Shown: one piece after another, positions 9,935-20,583 of the stretch | Layout: each line of letters opens with the position of its first letter | Numbering within the stretch: position 1 is the stretch's first letter | Origin: a virus | DNA: 64,000 nt | Reading direction: 5' to 3' (one strand) | IMG/VR virus record: IMGVR_UViG_3300044613_003178 | Translations under genes and position numbers: made by a program | The notes under the pieces: model-generated | What the model was told of the DNA's origin: nothing | Seen by the model: the letters and a program-made list of their open reading frames with translations, nothing else | Database searches by the model: none

Positions 9935-12457
9935 TTATATGTGTCTCAATCCTATTTTAGTTAAATTATTAATTATATTTTCATTATTATCTAGTTTTTG
10001 TTGTATTTGACTGTCTGAAAGATTTTTATGCATTTCTCCTGTGGTTGAATTTGCATATATAAACCCATTATTTGTAGGTGTTTGGTCACCATAAATACCA
10101 GAATTACCAGAATCATTTAATGGATACCACGAAGGTCTTGGATATTGTATTTTATCCAAATAATCGACTATAGAACAATTGTTTACTAAATTACTTTTGG
10201 CGTTAGATGTAACTTTAAACAATGGCGGATTGCCATAAATTGTATTTGCTACATGCATAAAACTTCCGAAACTATTTGCTCCACCGGGAGCTCCTTGATA
10301 AACACAATTTAAAAATCTATTATGTATTGATGTATTCTCCAAATCAGTAATTTTTAAGACAGTCCCATATGAATAATTATGCATGTATACATTATAGGAA
10401 TTTCCATTTGAACTTGGAGGAGGTTTTAAATAACACCCAGGATCATTAAAATGTGTTGTAAATGCACTTAAGTTTAATTTTGCTATAGCATTATAAGAAC
10501 TTAGAAGAAGATTTGCACCAGATGAATATGAACTTTCATTAAATATAAAAATATTTCCAGTTACTAAATGTTTATCTACTCGGTCAGTATTGTTAAACCC
10601 ATTTGCGCCAGCCCATTGAAAACCACCTTCATTTGGAGCATCTATTGTTGCTCCTTCTCCTGCTGTGTGTTGGCTTGATTTTCTTGAATCGGTACATCTA
10701 ATGTAGATATTATTTGAAATAGGTCCATATGGTTCTATCCAGAATGTTCTACCAAGATCTTCAAAATTACAACCCATTATGCACATAGAGTCTGCTTGAA
10801 ATACACCAAAAGTACTATCACTAATACTGCCATTTTTTTGAGCTTTTTCAAATTTACAATTTTTAATTAATATACCAGTACCATTACAACTCCCTAAAAA
10901 ATTACATCTTCTAAATGTACAATTTTCAAATGTGCACCCATCAAATATATACCTTGTATAAATTCCATATTGATCGCTTCTAAAAGACATAGTAGTAAAA
11001 CTATCTCCTTCAAAAACACAATTTCTTATTATAGAACCCGAAAAATCCAGTGCAGCATATTTTACTTGATATCTATCATTGTATTCTGTTAAGTTGTGTG
11101 TTGCAATCCACCAAGGATTTGGACCACGAAATCTAGGTTCACTTGCAGTCAGATTACCATCTGCTCCAAAAAAATTTAAATTTTCTATAATACTATTTCT
11201 AGCATTTATAATTTTTAATTTTCTTAATCCAGAATCATTATTATTATTTGATGGATTGTATGGATTAGTAACACCATTTACAGTTGAAGTTCCACTCAAT
11301 GTACCATTATTTACTTGGCTACCAACATACAATTCTTTTTGTATTGGAGCAAATTCCATATCGTTATCAAAATATAAATCTTCTAAATCTGTATTTTTAA
11401 TAATTGGAATTCCCTGATTCGTATGACCAATATCAAAACCAACGGTTAAAAATGGTAATGGATAAATAAGTCTAATGGTATTAATTCCTGCCCCATTTGT
11501 ATATTGGGTTCTGTTGTCATTATTGAATAATTCTTTGCCACCAATAAATGTATTATTTCCTTTTATATGAAAAGAACCTAGTTTAGTTCCGCTACCTTCA
11601 GAAACTGGTGTTAAATTATATTTTAATTTATCCGATAATCCGGGATTAAGAGCAATAACTCTTCTTGAAATTGAAGTAGTACCATCAACTATATCTTTTG
11701 TTTCATCTATTACTCTGATAATTATTTCTCTTTTAAATTCATATTCTGTTCTAACTGCTTGAATTGGTGGTGAGAAGTGTCCTATAGTTTTTTCTTGAGA
11801 ACTTAAATTGGAAAATTTTGATGTTACAACAAATTTATTTGCTGTAGAAAGATCATCAGAGTATACCCAAGGAAAGTATGATTTAGAAACAACATCTGTA
11901 ACTGGTGCATATTGTGATTCACTATAATTTGCAACAAATCCCGTTGAACCAGTAAGTGGATTTAACCTTTCATCTAAAGTTATTTTATAATAACCTTCAT
12001 TTGGAAACACAAAACATCTATGAAAATTGCTTTTAACTATTTTTTTAATTTCATCATCTGAAGTATTTGTTGTATCACCACCAGCAATATAATTTACAAG
12101 ATAAGGATCAGACCAAAAATCATCAAATGATGGATATTCAGTTAAATTAAAATTATATACTTTTTTATCTTGATTTATAAAATTTTCGATACTACCACCA
12201 CTATCTTTGTAAAGAGTTAATGTTCCATCGGAATTTATTCTGTTTATTGTAACACAATCATAACCACCCTGAAACATTTCTACACCCCAAAGATATATTG
12301 GTGTATTTGTTTTAACATGATATATTTTTTCTTTAGTAGAACTTTGTGGTCTTTTTTCTAAAAATCTAACAGATGGTGCAACACCACGAAGTCCTGCTAG
12401 TTCTTTTAGTGCCTGTGTATCTGTATATGCTTTCCAAGCCATTAAATTATCCCTCAA
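9935..12457 (-). CDS. Beta-helix/pentapeptide-like repeat protein, paralog 2 (likely true start ATG 12442, after GAGG)
   Basis: GLRGVAP motif. Repeats IIRNCVF, FDGCTFENCTFRRCNF, IKNCKF. Confidence 0.55.
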   Translation of the reverse strand: MRDNLMAWKAYTDTQALKELAGLRGVAPSVRFLEKRPQSSTKEKIYHVKTNTPIYLWGVEMFQGGYDCVTINRINSDGTLTLYKDSGGSIENFINQDKKVYNFNLTEYPSFDDFWSDPYLVNYIAGGDTTNTSDDEIKKIVKSNFHRCFVFPNEGYYKITLDERLNPLTGSTGFVANYSESQYAPVTDVVSKSYFPWVYSDDLSTANKFVVTSKFSNLSSQEKTIGHFSPPIQAVRTEYEFKREIIIRVIDETKDIVDGTTSISRRVIALNPGLSDKLKYNLTPVSEGSGTKLGSFHIKGNNTFIGGKELFNNDNRTQYTNGAGINTIRLIYPLPFLTVGFDIGHTNQGIPIIKNTDLEDLYFDNDMEFAPIQKELYVGSQVNNGTLSGTSTVNGVTNPYNPSNNNNDSGLRKLKIINARNSIIENLNFFGADGNLTASEPRFRGPNPWWIATHNLTEYNDRYQVKYAALDFSGSIIRNCVFEGDSFTTMSFRSDQYGIYTRYIFDGCTFENCTFRRCNFLGSCNGTGILIKNCKFEKAQKNGSISDSTFGVFQADSMCIMGCNFEDLGRTFWIEPYGPISNNIYIRCTDSRKSSQHTAGEGATIDAPNEGGFQWAGANGFNNTDRVDKHLVTGNIFIFNESSYSSGANLLLSSYNAIAKLNLSAFTTHFNDPGCYLKPPPSSNGNSYNVYMHNYSYGTVLKITDLENTSIHNRFLNCVYQGAPGGANSFGSFMHVANTIYGNPPLFKVTSNAKSNLVNNCSIVDYLDKIQYPRPSWYPLNDSGNSGIYGDQTPTNNGFIYANSTTGEMHKNLSDSQIQQKLDNNENIINNLTKIGLRHI

Positions 12458-15234
12458 CTAAAACTATTTATTGCGGTGAATATATCACCAGTAAATATAG
12501 TAGATGCCGATATAGTAACTGGAGTTGAAGAATTTGTGTAAGTTGGTACACTTATTCTTCTATAGTCATTATTGCCTTGTTTTCCATGTGTTCCAAATGT
12601 ATCACTATATGGATCGGGGTATGATGTACCTGAACCAATATAAATTGAATTACAATTAAAATAATTAGCATTTTCTTTGCAAGTAGTACCACCTGGAAAT
12701 GTTATATGATCAAATGTACCAATTGAAATACTGCTATCATTAAAACCAGAACAGGGTGATCCAGAATAACCTTGATTGTTTATAGTTCTTCGACTATATG
12801 CAGTTGGTGTAAGAAACACATTCTTATAAGCAACATTTATATATTTTCCATACTTAGTAGAATCGCCACTAATAAATGGATAATCATCCAAAAAATCTAA
12901 CATTTTATTTTGTAAGTATTTTTGAGTAAAATTACCAGTACCATCATTAGTATCTGAATTGTAAGTTGTATCATTGCATGTCTGGCAGTGTTCTAAATTA
13001 TAAAAATTTAAATAAACTGAACATGGTGATGTTGGAGTTTTTGAAAACCGACCACCCCAATTAATTATTTTATTTCCTATTAATTTATTACCTGTAGCTC
13101 TTGATGTATGTCTACAATCCCAAAAACCATTTGCAGGATTTTCATATAAACTATGTATTGAGAAAAATGGATATGAAAATTGACTGAGAACATTCCATGA
13201 ACCATTTTCTGAACTCCACCTATTTCCGGATAAATGTGGTTCAGTGATTAGATTTTCTATAAATCTAGTATGATGGGTATTTTCACCGAGTGTCATTGAA
13301 AATCTGCTATAATGATTCCAAAAATGAACATCATAATATGAACCACCACTAATACCAGTTGTTGATGTGTTATTAGTAGAATTTATAGTAGTAGTATCTA
13401 CTACAGTTGGACAAAATGTTTCATTTAAAGTGTATAAATTTGCTCTAGAAAATGCATTATATGTTGTTATAGTAAATATACTAGAATCGTATATTCTGTT
13501 ATATACAAACATATTTCTTGCAAATTCTCTAAATTTTTGTTTTGCAAGTATCGGTATTTCGCTTGTTGAATCGGTGGGTGTTGAAACAAGTCGAGATTCT
13601 ACTTGTTCTGCTATAAATTGTTCAGATCCGCCACTATTAAATAAAGTTGTATCAAATATACATTTAAACCATAAATTATCTGTGCAAGGTGAACTGTCTG
13701 TAGCAAAAAAGAAAGTTCTAAAATTGTTTTCAAAATTACAACAAATATTAGCATTTGATATACCAGAAACATTAAATGAATCTATGTAATCTGTTCTTCC
13801 TTCAAAATCACAATACATAAAAAGAACAGAGTCTGCGTGCATATTTATTGCACATCGTTTAAATTTACAATTAATAAATTTACACCCACTAAAACAAATC
13901 CAATCTGCCTGACCATTAAAATCCATATCTTCAAATGTACAATTTTTAAATATACTACCTCTTAAATCTACGATAGTATTTGCTGTCGATATAAATGGAA
14001 ATAAATTTCTATCTTGATTTACATTTCTATTTGCAGATGGTCTTAATGTTAATCCTTCCACAACTAAATGTCTTCTATTTATTAATGTTTTTGCAGTTCC
14101 ATTCCATCTTTGATTAATTTTACCAAATCTTTGTTCTGGTGTTGTTGTATCTGTATGTACTGTAGAGTAACCAACAAAATTACCTGATGGTATATATTCA
14201 TATACTGCACCATAACCAATAACTCTTTGATATGGTTGAGTTATTACACTACCAGTAGTTATTGTTCCTGGTTGTAAAGTTATATCTGCTGGAAAAGATA
14301 TATCATTACCAGTTACTAAATCTTTATTTTTAGTATAAATTTTTAAAATTAATGTTTTTGTGAATCGTGAACGATATGTTTGTGGTAAATTTGTATACGA
14401 TGATAATTGTTCTGGTAATGTACCATATAAACCTAAATTTGAGGAATAATTTATTGGATTAAATTTTATAAGTTTGTCTATTTCGGTTGGTGTTAATGTG
14501 CTATTAGTATAAAGTATCTGATTTGATTCAATAGATTTTGCCGGTAAACTTTTACCATTTAGTGAAGCAGATGCATCCCATGTTCCGGTTTCACTTATTT
14601 CTATTTTATATTCTCCTTCTCTCAAAAAAGTCATACATCTTACATGTGTATAAGATCTGGTTGATGTTATAGCATTACCTCTATCATTGCTAGTACTTCC
14701 AAATCCATAGGATTCGCCTCTATTAGAATTAGATGTAAATCCGGTTACATAATCTTCTCGGATATAAGGATATCCTACAGGATCAGATGTTGTTAACGAA
14801 TTGGGGTTTGCCGCGCCAGCATGTGGATTATTTGATGTATCAAAACTTCTAAGATTTAAATTTGGATAAAATACATATTCTGCTGCATTAAACCCATAAA
14901 TGCCAGTTCCTTTTATCAATACCCATTTGGTATCATCTTCACCAAAATTTCTCCAATATATATTTAAATTATCATGATTGTGGTTATTTTTATTCACAGA
15001 AGACCACATTTCTTGTCCCCAAAAATACATTTGTTCACCAACATACCATTTGAAAATTCTGTCATCTGGTGCTAATAAATCAGTACTATTATCATGAGTT
15101 GTATCGTGAAAATGAACAGCAGGAGCACATCCTCTTATGCCAGTTAATTCTCTTGATATTTGTCTCCACGAATGTGCTTTCCACGGTGGAAATTTTTGTA
15201 ATTCAGGATCTGATATGTTTATAAATTGTGCCAT
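12454..15234 (-). CDS. Beta-helix/pentapeptide-like repeat protein, paralog 1 (926 aa)
   Basis: GIRGCAP motif. Repeats IFKNCTF and FSGCKFINCKFKRC. Confidence 0.55.
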   Translation of the reverse strand: MAQFINISDPELQKFPPWKAHSWRQISRELTGIRGCAPAVHFHDTTHDNSTDLLAPDDRIFKWYVGEQMYFWGQEMWSSVNKNNHNHDNLNIYWRNFGEDDTKWVLIKGTGIYGFNAAEYVFYPNLNLRSFDTSNNPHAGAANPNSLTTSDPVGYPYIREDYVTGFTSNSNRGESYGFGSTSNDRGNAITSTRSYTHVRCMTFLREGEYKIEISETGTWDASASLNGKSLPAKSIESNQILYTNSTLTPTEIDKLIKFNPINYSSNLGLYGTLPEQLSSYTNLPQTYRSRFTKTLILKIYTKNKDLVTGNDISFPADITLQPGTITTGSVITQPYQRVIGYGAVYEYIPSGNFVGYSTVHTDTTTPEQRFGKINQRWNGTAKTLINRRHLVVEGLTLRPSANRNVNQDRNLFPFISTANTIVDLRGSIFKNCTFEDMDFNGQADWICFSGCKFINCKFKRCAINMHADSVLFMYCDFEGRTDYIDSFNVSGISNANICCNFENNFRTFFFATDSSPCTDNLWFKCIFDTTLFNSGGSEQFIAEQVESRLVSTPTDSTSEIPILAKQKFREFARNMFVYNRIYDSSIFTITTYNAFSRANLYTLNETFCPTVVDTTTINSTNNTSTTGISGGSYYDVHFWNHYSRFSMTLGENTHHTRFIENLITEPHLSGNRWSSENGSWNVLSQFSYPFFSIHSLYENPANGFWDCRHTSRATGNKLIGNKIINWGGRFSKTPTSPCSVYLNFYNLEHCQTCNDTTYNSDTNDGTGNFTQKYLQNKMLDFLDDYPFISGDSTKYGKYINVAYKNVFLTPTAYSRRTINNQGYSGSPCSGFNDSSISIGTFDHITFPGGTTCKENANYFNCNSIYIGSGTSYPDPYSDTFGTHGKQGNNDYRRISVPTYTNSSTPVTISASTIFTGDIFTAINSFS

Positions 15235-15239
15235 ATTGA

Positions 15240-18200
15240 TTATTTAGGTTGTAAAATTGGTTCAACTGTTTTAATTAATAATTCCGTATAATTTGGAAAA
15301 GTACAAATAATGTCGTCTTCATATTGCGAGTCTCCTTCTCCTCTATATACATCAAAATTTTTATATAATTTAGTACCACTAAATCCATTTGCGGTATTGC
15401 TAAAATTGTTAACTATTATTCTTTCAAGATAATTTACTTCATTATTTGTACTTGATAACTTATTTGAATAAAATATTTGTTTTGAATATCTATTATCTCT
15501 GTCTCTCTGTAAAGAATTCCAATTTATTGCTGCCATTGGATTATAAAAAGATTCATGTGTAAAATGATTGAATGTAACATTGTTATTACTCGAATCTGTT
15601 AATGTTACATTTGTATAATCATATTTATTATGGCTAAAATAATTTTCAAAAATATCTCCAGGTTGTACTGCCTGTAATACTTTACTACCAGAAACCACAT
15701 TACCAAAATCACTATCAGTACCAAATGATGTTGTGGCTTTTATTGAATAGTAATAAGTAGTTCCAGCAGTAGCAGTTGTATCATCATATGAAGTAGTGGA
15801 AATACCACTAGATAAAAGAGACATAGAAGAAGTATCATTAGTTGTTCCTCTATAAACTTTATATGTAGATGCACCAGAAATAGAACTCCAATTTAAAGTT
15901 ACTTTTGTTGTTAAATTATTTGTTACAGAAGTTAAAGTTGGTGCTAATAATTTTAGAGATCCATTTACAGAATTACTACTGTTTGTTGATGTTATATTAT
16001 TCAAAGCAGTTACACTATATGAATGGTTGGTTCCATATGTTGCTGTTGTATCTGTATATGTCGTTGATGTGACTGGTGCTGTTGTTGTTGAAATTAATGT
16101 AGTTGCAACAGAACCCTTTTCTAATTGAGCACCCCATATTACAATACTACCATCTTCCCAAAATGTAGTTCCACCAGATGTAGTAAAATTATTTCCAATT
16201 GCAATATTTGATGTTATATTATTTGTAGTAGTTGTAAATGTAAAAGTAAATCTCGTTGGTGTTGTGTTGGCTATAAATTCATTTGAAAAACTACTTACAC
16301 CACCATTAAAATAACTCATTCTAAATTTTGCTGTGTCAGTAATAGATCTAACATAGCAAGAAAGCGTGTATATTGTTGAATTTGCTACATTTTTTATTAC
16401 TTGGTATATACCGTTATTTTGGGTTTTTGATGAAGATAATAATAATATTTTACCATATTCACCATTTGTATCATCATTTGGCATAGGAATTTGTGGACTA
16501 GAATTAATTGTTGAATTATTATACAAAATCCAATCCGTTTGTCCTAGTTGAAATGTATTACTATGTGTTAAAAAATTAGATGAAGAATATCCGTTTGTTA
16601 ATGGTATTCCATCTCTATTTACAGAATAGCCACCATATGCATATTGCGATGAATTCCAAGTTATAATTACTTTATCTGTGTAAATTGAACTTATAGAATT
16701 TAAATTAAAATTAGTTGGAGGGGGAGATTTTAAAATTCCAGTAGAAGAACTGTTTATATTACTAAGTGAACTTGCTGCACTTGCAAAAGATGAATTTGCT
16801 TTTATTCGATAGTAATAAATTGTATTATATGATAAATCTGTATTTGTATCAAAATATTCCGTAGTATAACTTGTATCTATTTGTGATAGTGTGCTCGAAC
16901 TTATTCCTCTAAAAATTGTGTAACTTGTTGCACCGGGAACAGCAGACCATGTTAATTTAATATAAGATTCTGTGGAATTTTCATTTTTTGTTGCTACAAA
17001 ACTAGTTGGTGTTGTTAATATAATATAACCAGTAGCAGATGGTGATGAAGAACTTTCACCATCACTATTCTGTGCCTTTACAGTGTAAGTGTACTGAATA
17101 CCTGGTGTTGGTGTATCTGTATATGTGGTTGTTCCTGCAAGAGTTATTCCTACTTGTATTCCATCTCTATAAATTTTATAAAGAGTTGCAGCAGTAACTG
17201 GTGACCAAGTTAATAATATAGAAGTAGTATTTGGTGATGCAATTGTGAGTGTGGTTGGTGCACTTGGAGGAGTAAATTGTGTTGACATGTTTTTTAACAC
17301 ACCAGAATCGATATTACTAAATGCTGTAGTTTCACCATTTGTAGAGCAAAGAGCACAAATACAATTTGCTTTTACTGCATAATAATATGTGGTTTCATAA
17401 ACTAAATCGGTGTTTGTATCATCATAAAATGGTGTTGAAGTTGTTACGAGAGGAACCATGCTTGCTTCGGTATTAAATAGTGATCTATATAAAGTATAAT
17501 TTAAAGCATCTGGAACAGAATTCCATGACACATAAATTTTTCCGGTAAATTGTGAATCGCTCGCAACTAAGCCAGATGGTGTTTGTAATTTTTTAATACC
17601 AATATCTGAATTTGAAAAAGAACTCTCAAACCCGAACATATTTTTTGCTTTTACTCTATAAGTATAATTTGTACAAGAAGATACTGATGGATCAATATCA
17701 TCATAAAAAGTATCAGTTACTACTGCAATTTGATTTGAATCTCTATAAACAATATAGACAGAAGCATTTGGAACTGGATTCCAAGATATAGAAATTTTAT
17801 TATCATAATCACCATTTGATGCAACAATAACAGGTGCATTTGGTATTGGGTTTTTTAAGATACCAGTGTCTTCATTACTATCGGCGCTTTCTTTTTCTAT
17901 ACCGTTTATATGACACGCAGCACGAATTTTATAAACATAAGTAGTTCCATAGACTAAATCAGTATTTGTATCTTGGTAATTAAAAGTTTGAACAGAATCG
18001 ATTAATGAATATGGTACACCAATAATTGCAGGTCTTCTATAAATATTATAATGTGTTGCATTTTGAACAGAAGACCAACTCAGAGTAATATTTTTTTCAT
18101 CTTGTCCATCAGCAGCAGTTAGTGATTGTGGTGGGGATAATTTTGCCCAACCTATTTCATAATTATCATTTGTATCTGTACATAGTCCTGCTTGATTTTC

Positions 18201-19040
18201 TGATATTACTAGATATTGATATTCTATTCCTTGTTGTATAGATGTATCTGTGTATGTTAGTTCTGTGGTATTGTGTATTTGTATACCATTTTTATACACT
18301 CTATAATTTGTTGCAGTTGGAACAGAATTCCATGATAATATTATTTTATCTGTATATGTTCCATAACTTACATTTATTGATGGACAGGTTGGTTTATTAA
18401 CGAATAAAAACCCAGAAGTGTGTGAACTTTCTATACCATTACCATCCCCCGATACCGGTATTATTCTATAGTAATAAATATTACCATATATAAGATCTGA
18501 TGAATCTATAAAAGAATTTGATGAAGTTATTCCCAAAATTATCATATTTTCTAAATTTGTAGTATTTCCTCTATAAACAATATAATTTACTGCATTAGGA
18601 TTAGAATCCCATGACAAATTTATAGTACTTTGTAATGTTTGTGATGCTGTTAAATTTTGAACACCATTAATTTTTATAGAACCAGTATCCGTGTTACTTT
18701 GTTGACTTTCTCCAGAATTATTAATTCCACTAACTGAATAAGTATAAATTTTTCCTTCTTCTACATTTGTGTCCTTGTATGTAAATGTATTATTTGTATT
18801 TAATGTTAAATTATTTAATTCTATTAAAAAATTAAAATCTCTATAAATTTTATAAAAAACTGCCTTTTCACTTGGTTGCCATTGTAATTCAATACCGTCT
18901 GTATATAAATTACTAGAGGCGATTAAATTTGTAGGAGGAGATGGAATATCACTAAATTGAAAAACTATATTACCGACAGGTTCTCCTGAACCATAAATTC
19001 CAGAACCAACACCGGGTGCAAATTGATCTCTTTGTGACAT
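15240..19040 (-). CDS. Fibronectin type III repeat protein (~10 FN3 domains) with an inserted CBM-like domain
   Basis: Ten repeats of P..L.AS....D.I.LSW..V..A..Y.IYR...Y.D......YYY.V.A. The insert carries an IWGAQLEKG motif. Confidence 0.85.
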   Translation of the reverse strand: MSQRDQFAPGVGSGIYGSGEPVGNIVFQFSDIPSPPTNLIASSNLYTDGIELQWQPSEKAVFYKIYRDFNFLIELNNLTLNTNNTFTYKDTNVEEGKIYTYSVSGINNSGESQQSNTDTGSIKINGVQNLTASQTLQSTINLSWDSNPNAVNYIVYRGNTTNLENMIILGITSSNSFIDSSDLIYGNIYYYRIIPVSGDGNGIESSHTSGFLFVNKPTCPSINVSYGTYTDKIILSWNSVPTATNYRVYKNGIQIHNTTELTYTDTSIQQGIEYQYLVISENQAGLCTDTNDNYEIGWAKLSPPQSLTAADGQDEKNITLSWSSVQNATHYNIYRRPAIIGVPYSLIDSVQTFNYQDTNTDLVYGTTYVYKIRAACHINGIEKESADSNEDTGILKNPIPNAPVIVASNGDYDNKISISWNPVPNASVYIVYRDSNQIAVVTDTFYDDIDPSVSSCTNYTYRVKAKNMFGFESSFSNSDIGIKKLQTPSGLVASDSQFTGKIYVSWNSVPDALNYTLYRSLFNTEASMVPLVTTSTPFYDDTNTDLVYETTYYYAVKANCICALCSTNGETTAFSNIDSGVLKNMSTQFTPPSAPTTLTIASPNTTSILLTWSPVTAATLYKIYRDGIQVGITLAGTTTYTDTPTPGIQYTYTVKAQNSDGESSSSPSATGYIILTTPTSFVATKNENSTESYIKLTWSAVPGATSYTIFRGISSSTLSQIDTSYTTEYFDTNTDLSYNTIYYYRIKANSSFASAASSLSNINSSSTGILKSPPPTNFNLNSISSIYTDKVIITWNSSQYAYGGYSVNRDGIPLTNGYSSSNFLTHSNTFQLGQTDWILYNNSTINSSPQIPMPNDDTNGEYGKILLLSSSKTQNNGIYQVIKNVANSTIYTLSCYVRSITDTAKFRMSYFNGGVSSFSNEFIANTTPTRFTFTFTTTTNNITSNIAIGNNFTTSGGTTFWEDGSIVIWGAQLEKGSVATTLISTTTAPVTSTTYTDTTATYGTNHSYSVTALNNITSTNSSNSVNGSLKLLAPTLTSVTNNLTTKVTLNWSSISGASTYKVYRGTTNDTSSMSLLSSGISTTSYDDTTATAGTTYYYSIKATTSFGTDSDFGNVVSGSKVLQAVQPGDIFENYFSHNKYDYTNVTLTDSSNNNVTFNHFTHESFYNPMAAINWNSLQRDRDNRYSKQIFYSNKLSSTNNEVNYLERIIVNNFSNTANGFSGTKLYKNFDVYRGEGDSQYEDDIICTFPNYTELLIKTVEPILQPK

Positions 19041-19213
19041 TATTCAAATTCCTCTATTTCTACTAAGTAGTCGTATGGTTCTGTTGAATTTACATTATTA
19101 GGTTGAACTAAAATTATCTTATCGTTATTTGTATCTAGTATAAAATCACCATTCGTATCTTTTTCAAAAATAACAGGTCTAACTCTTATTGAAGCGTATT
19201 TCTTATATGCCAT
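19040..19213 (-). CDS. Small ORF (57 aa, MAYKKYASIRVRPV...YLVEIEEFE), possibly a detached gp15 C-terminal segment; not in the ORF track
   Basis: Fills the gap exactly. Its ATG is 2 nt after the gp15 stop and it has a TAATG overlap with the FN3 gene. Confidence 0.7.
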   Translation of the reverse strand: MAYKKYASIRVRPVIFEKDTNGDFILDTNNDKIILVQPNNVNSTEPYDYLVEIEEFE

Positions 19214-19215
19214 AT

Positions 19216-19881
19216 TTAGACCTCATCGAAATCAAAAAGATTAACCTTAACATCTTTAATTATACTAGAAGAATTTCTAACCGGACCATATAGATTTGCT
19301 TTAGCGGTAAATTGCAAATCCCAAGTTAACATTCTTGTTTCTTCAGAAAAACTCTGATCATATACTTCGTTTGGTGTAATTTGATTTAATATTATTGGAA
19401 TATCTACTTTTTCTAAAGTGTTGTCCAATACTTTTGGTTTTATTGTTATTGTAAAATCTGGAGTAAAGAATGGTAATATTTGTTCTACAACTTGTAGACC
19501 GTCATCGATGTTTCTTGCATAAATGTATAATTCAAAATCTATATTATATGGAACATCTTCATAGCGATATTGAAAGGTTATATCATCATTAGTGCCGACT
19601 TCTTGTTTCCATCTTTTATTTAATGAATTTTTCTTTCTGTCAGCATCATATGACATACTTGTTATCGAAAATCCCATTCTAGGAAGAATAGTTTGAACCA
19701 TTGTCTTATCTACATCTAAATTTAAACGATGAACAAACTTTTCTTTTGGAGAATAAATCAGTGGGACTTTTATTTTCTTTGTGGTAGTTCCATCGTTTCT
19801 TACGATATAAATGTTATTAAATAAGGTGCCGAAGGCAGTCACCATTTTTCTTATAGTGCCATGATAGAAATTTGTAAACAT
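19216..19881 (-). CDS. gp15: Tail sheath stabiliser/terminator gp15
   Basis: Motifs FYHGTIRKMVTAFGTLFNNI, KVPLIYSPKEKF, LPRMGF, VPYNIDFEL, QVVEQILPFF. Confidence 0.95.
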   Translation of the reverse strand: MFTNFYHGTIRKMVTAFGTLFNNIYIVRNDGTTTKKIKVPLIYSPKEKFVHRLNLDVDKTMVQTILPRMGFSITSMSYDADRKKNSLNKRWKQEVGTNDDITFQYRYEDVPYNIDFELYIYARNIDDGLQVVEQILPFFTPDFTITIKPKVLDNTLEKVDIPIILNQITPNEVYDQSFSEETRMLTWDLQFTAKANLYGPVRNSSSIIKDVKVNLFDFDEV

Positions 19882-20582
19882 CAGTAATTACCCTCAGAGA
19901 ATGGATCTTTCTCGGTAAAATCTATAATATCATTTGCTTCATTTTGAATCTGGGTATTGTCATTTATCTTTTTCTTATCCATAATATAATCTGCTATACC
20001 GTCACCATCAACATCGACTTCTTGTACCAATTCAGATTTGATATCATCAATCTTACTGAATCCTGTATTAATATCTTCCATAGAGTACTTATATAGTTCA
20101 CAATCTAGTCTAAATGTGTAGTAATCGCCTTGTTGATAAAGAACATCTTCATTTTCAACAAACTTAATTTCATATAAGTTGTCAGATGTTTGTGCAAGTG
20201 GCAAGTAAATCAAATCACCTTCAATTGGTCTATTCATTGGGTATAAACGACCAGTTAATTGTGGTAGTTTGAAAGATTCTTCTCTAAATCTTTTCTTAGA
20301 TACAATCAAAGTAACATTATCTTTAACTTCCATACCAAATTTATTTACTATATCTCTTTCTCCCTCAAATCCCTTTGCATTCTTTAAATACATTTCAATT
20401 CCAAAAGAATTTTTGAGTTTGCCATGTTGATTATCACCAAATAACTGGTCAACTTTATCTGTTGTTTTTATAATATAAACAACATCAATACCATTTACTT
20501 TGATAGCCTCTTCTGATAAATCCTCTATCAGATTTTGAGTAGGTTTATAACCTTGATTTTTAAAATATGGATTTGTTGCCAT
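19881..20582 (-). CDS. gp14: Neck protein gp14
   Basis: Motifs MATNPYF, EAIKVNGIDVVY, KFGMEVKD, RPIEGDLIYLP, YEIKFVE, DFTEKDPF. Confidence 0.95.
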   Translation of the reverse strand: MATNPYFKNQGYKPTQNLIEDLSEEAIKVNGIDVVYIIKTTDKVDQLFGDNQHGKLKNSFGIEMYLKNAKGFEGERDIVNKFGMEVKDNVTLIVSKKRFREESFKLPQLTGRLYPMNRPIEGDLIYLPLAQTSDNLYEIKFVENEDVLYQQGDYYTFRLDCELYKYSMEDINTGFSKIDDIKSELVQEVDVDGDGIADYIMDKKKINDNTQIQNEANDIIDFTEKDPFSEGNY

Positions 20583-20583
20583 T

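Noticed and set aside
8327-15247. Additional ATAAATA/CTAAATA matches (8327, 12465, 15241) as late promoters
   Set aside because: The positions are plausible, but such 7-mers arise often by chance in DNA this AT-rich, so they were not called as features.
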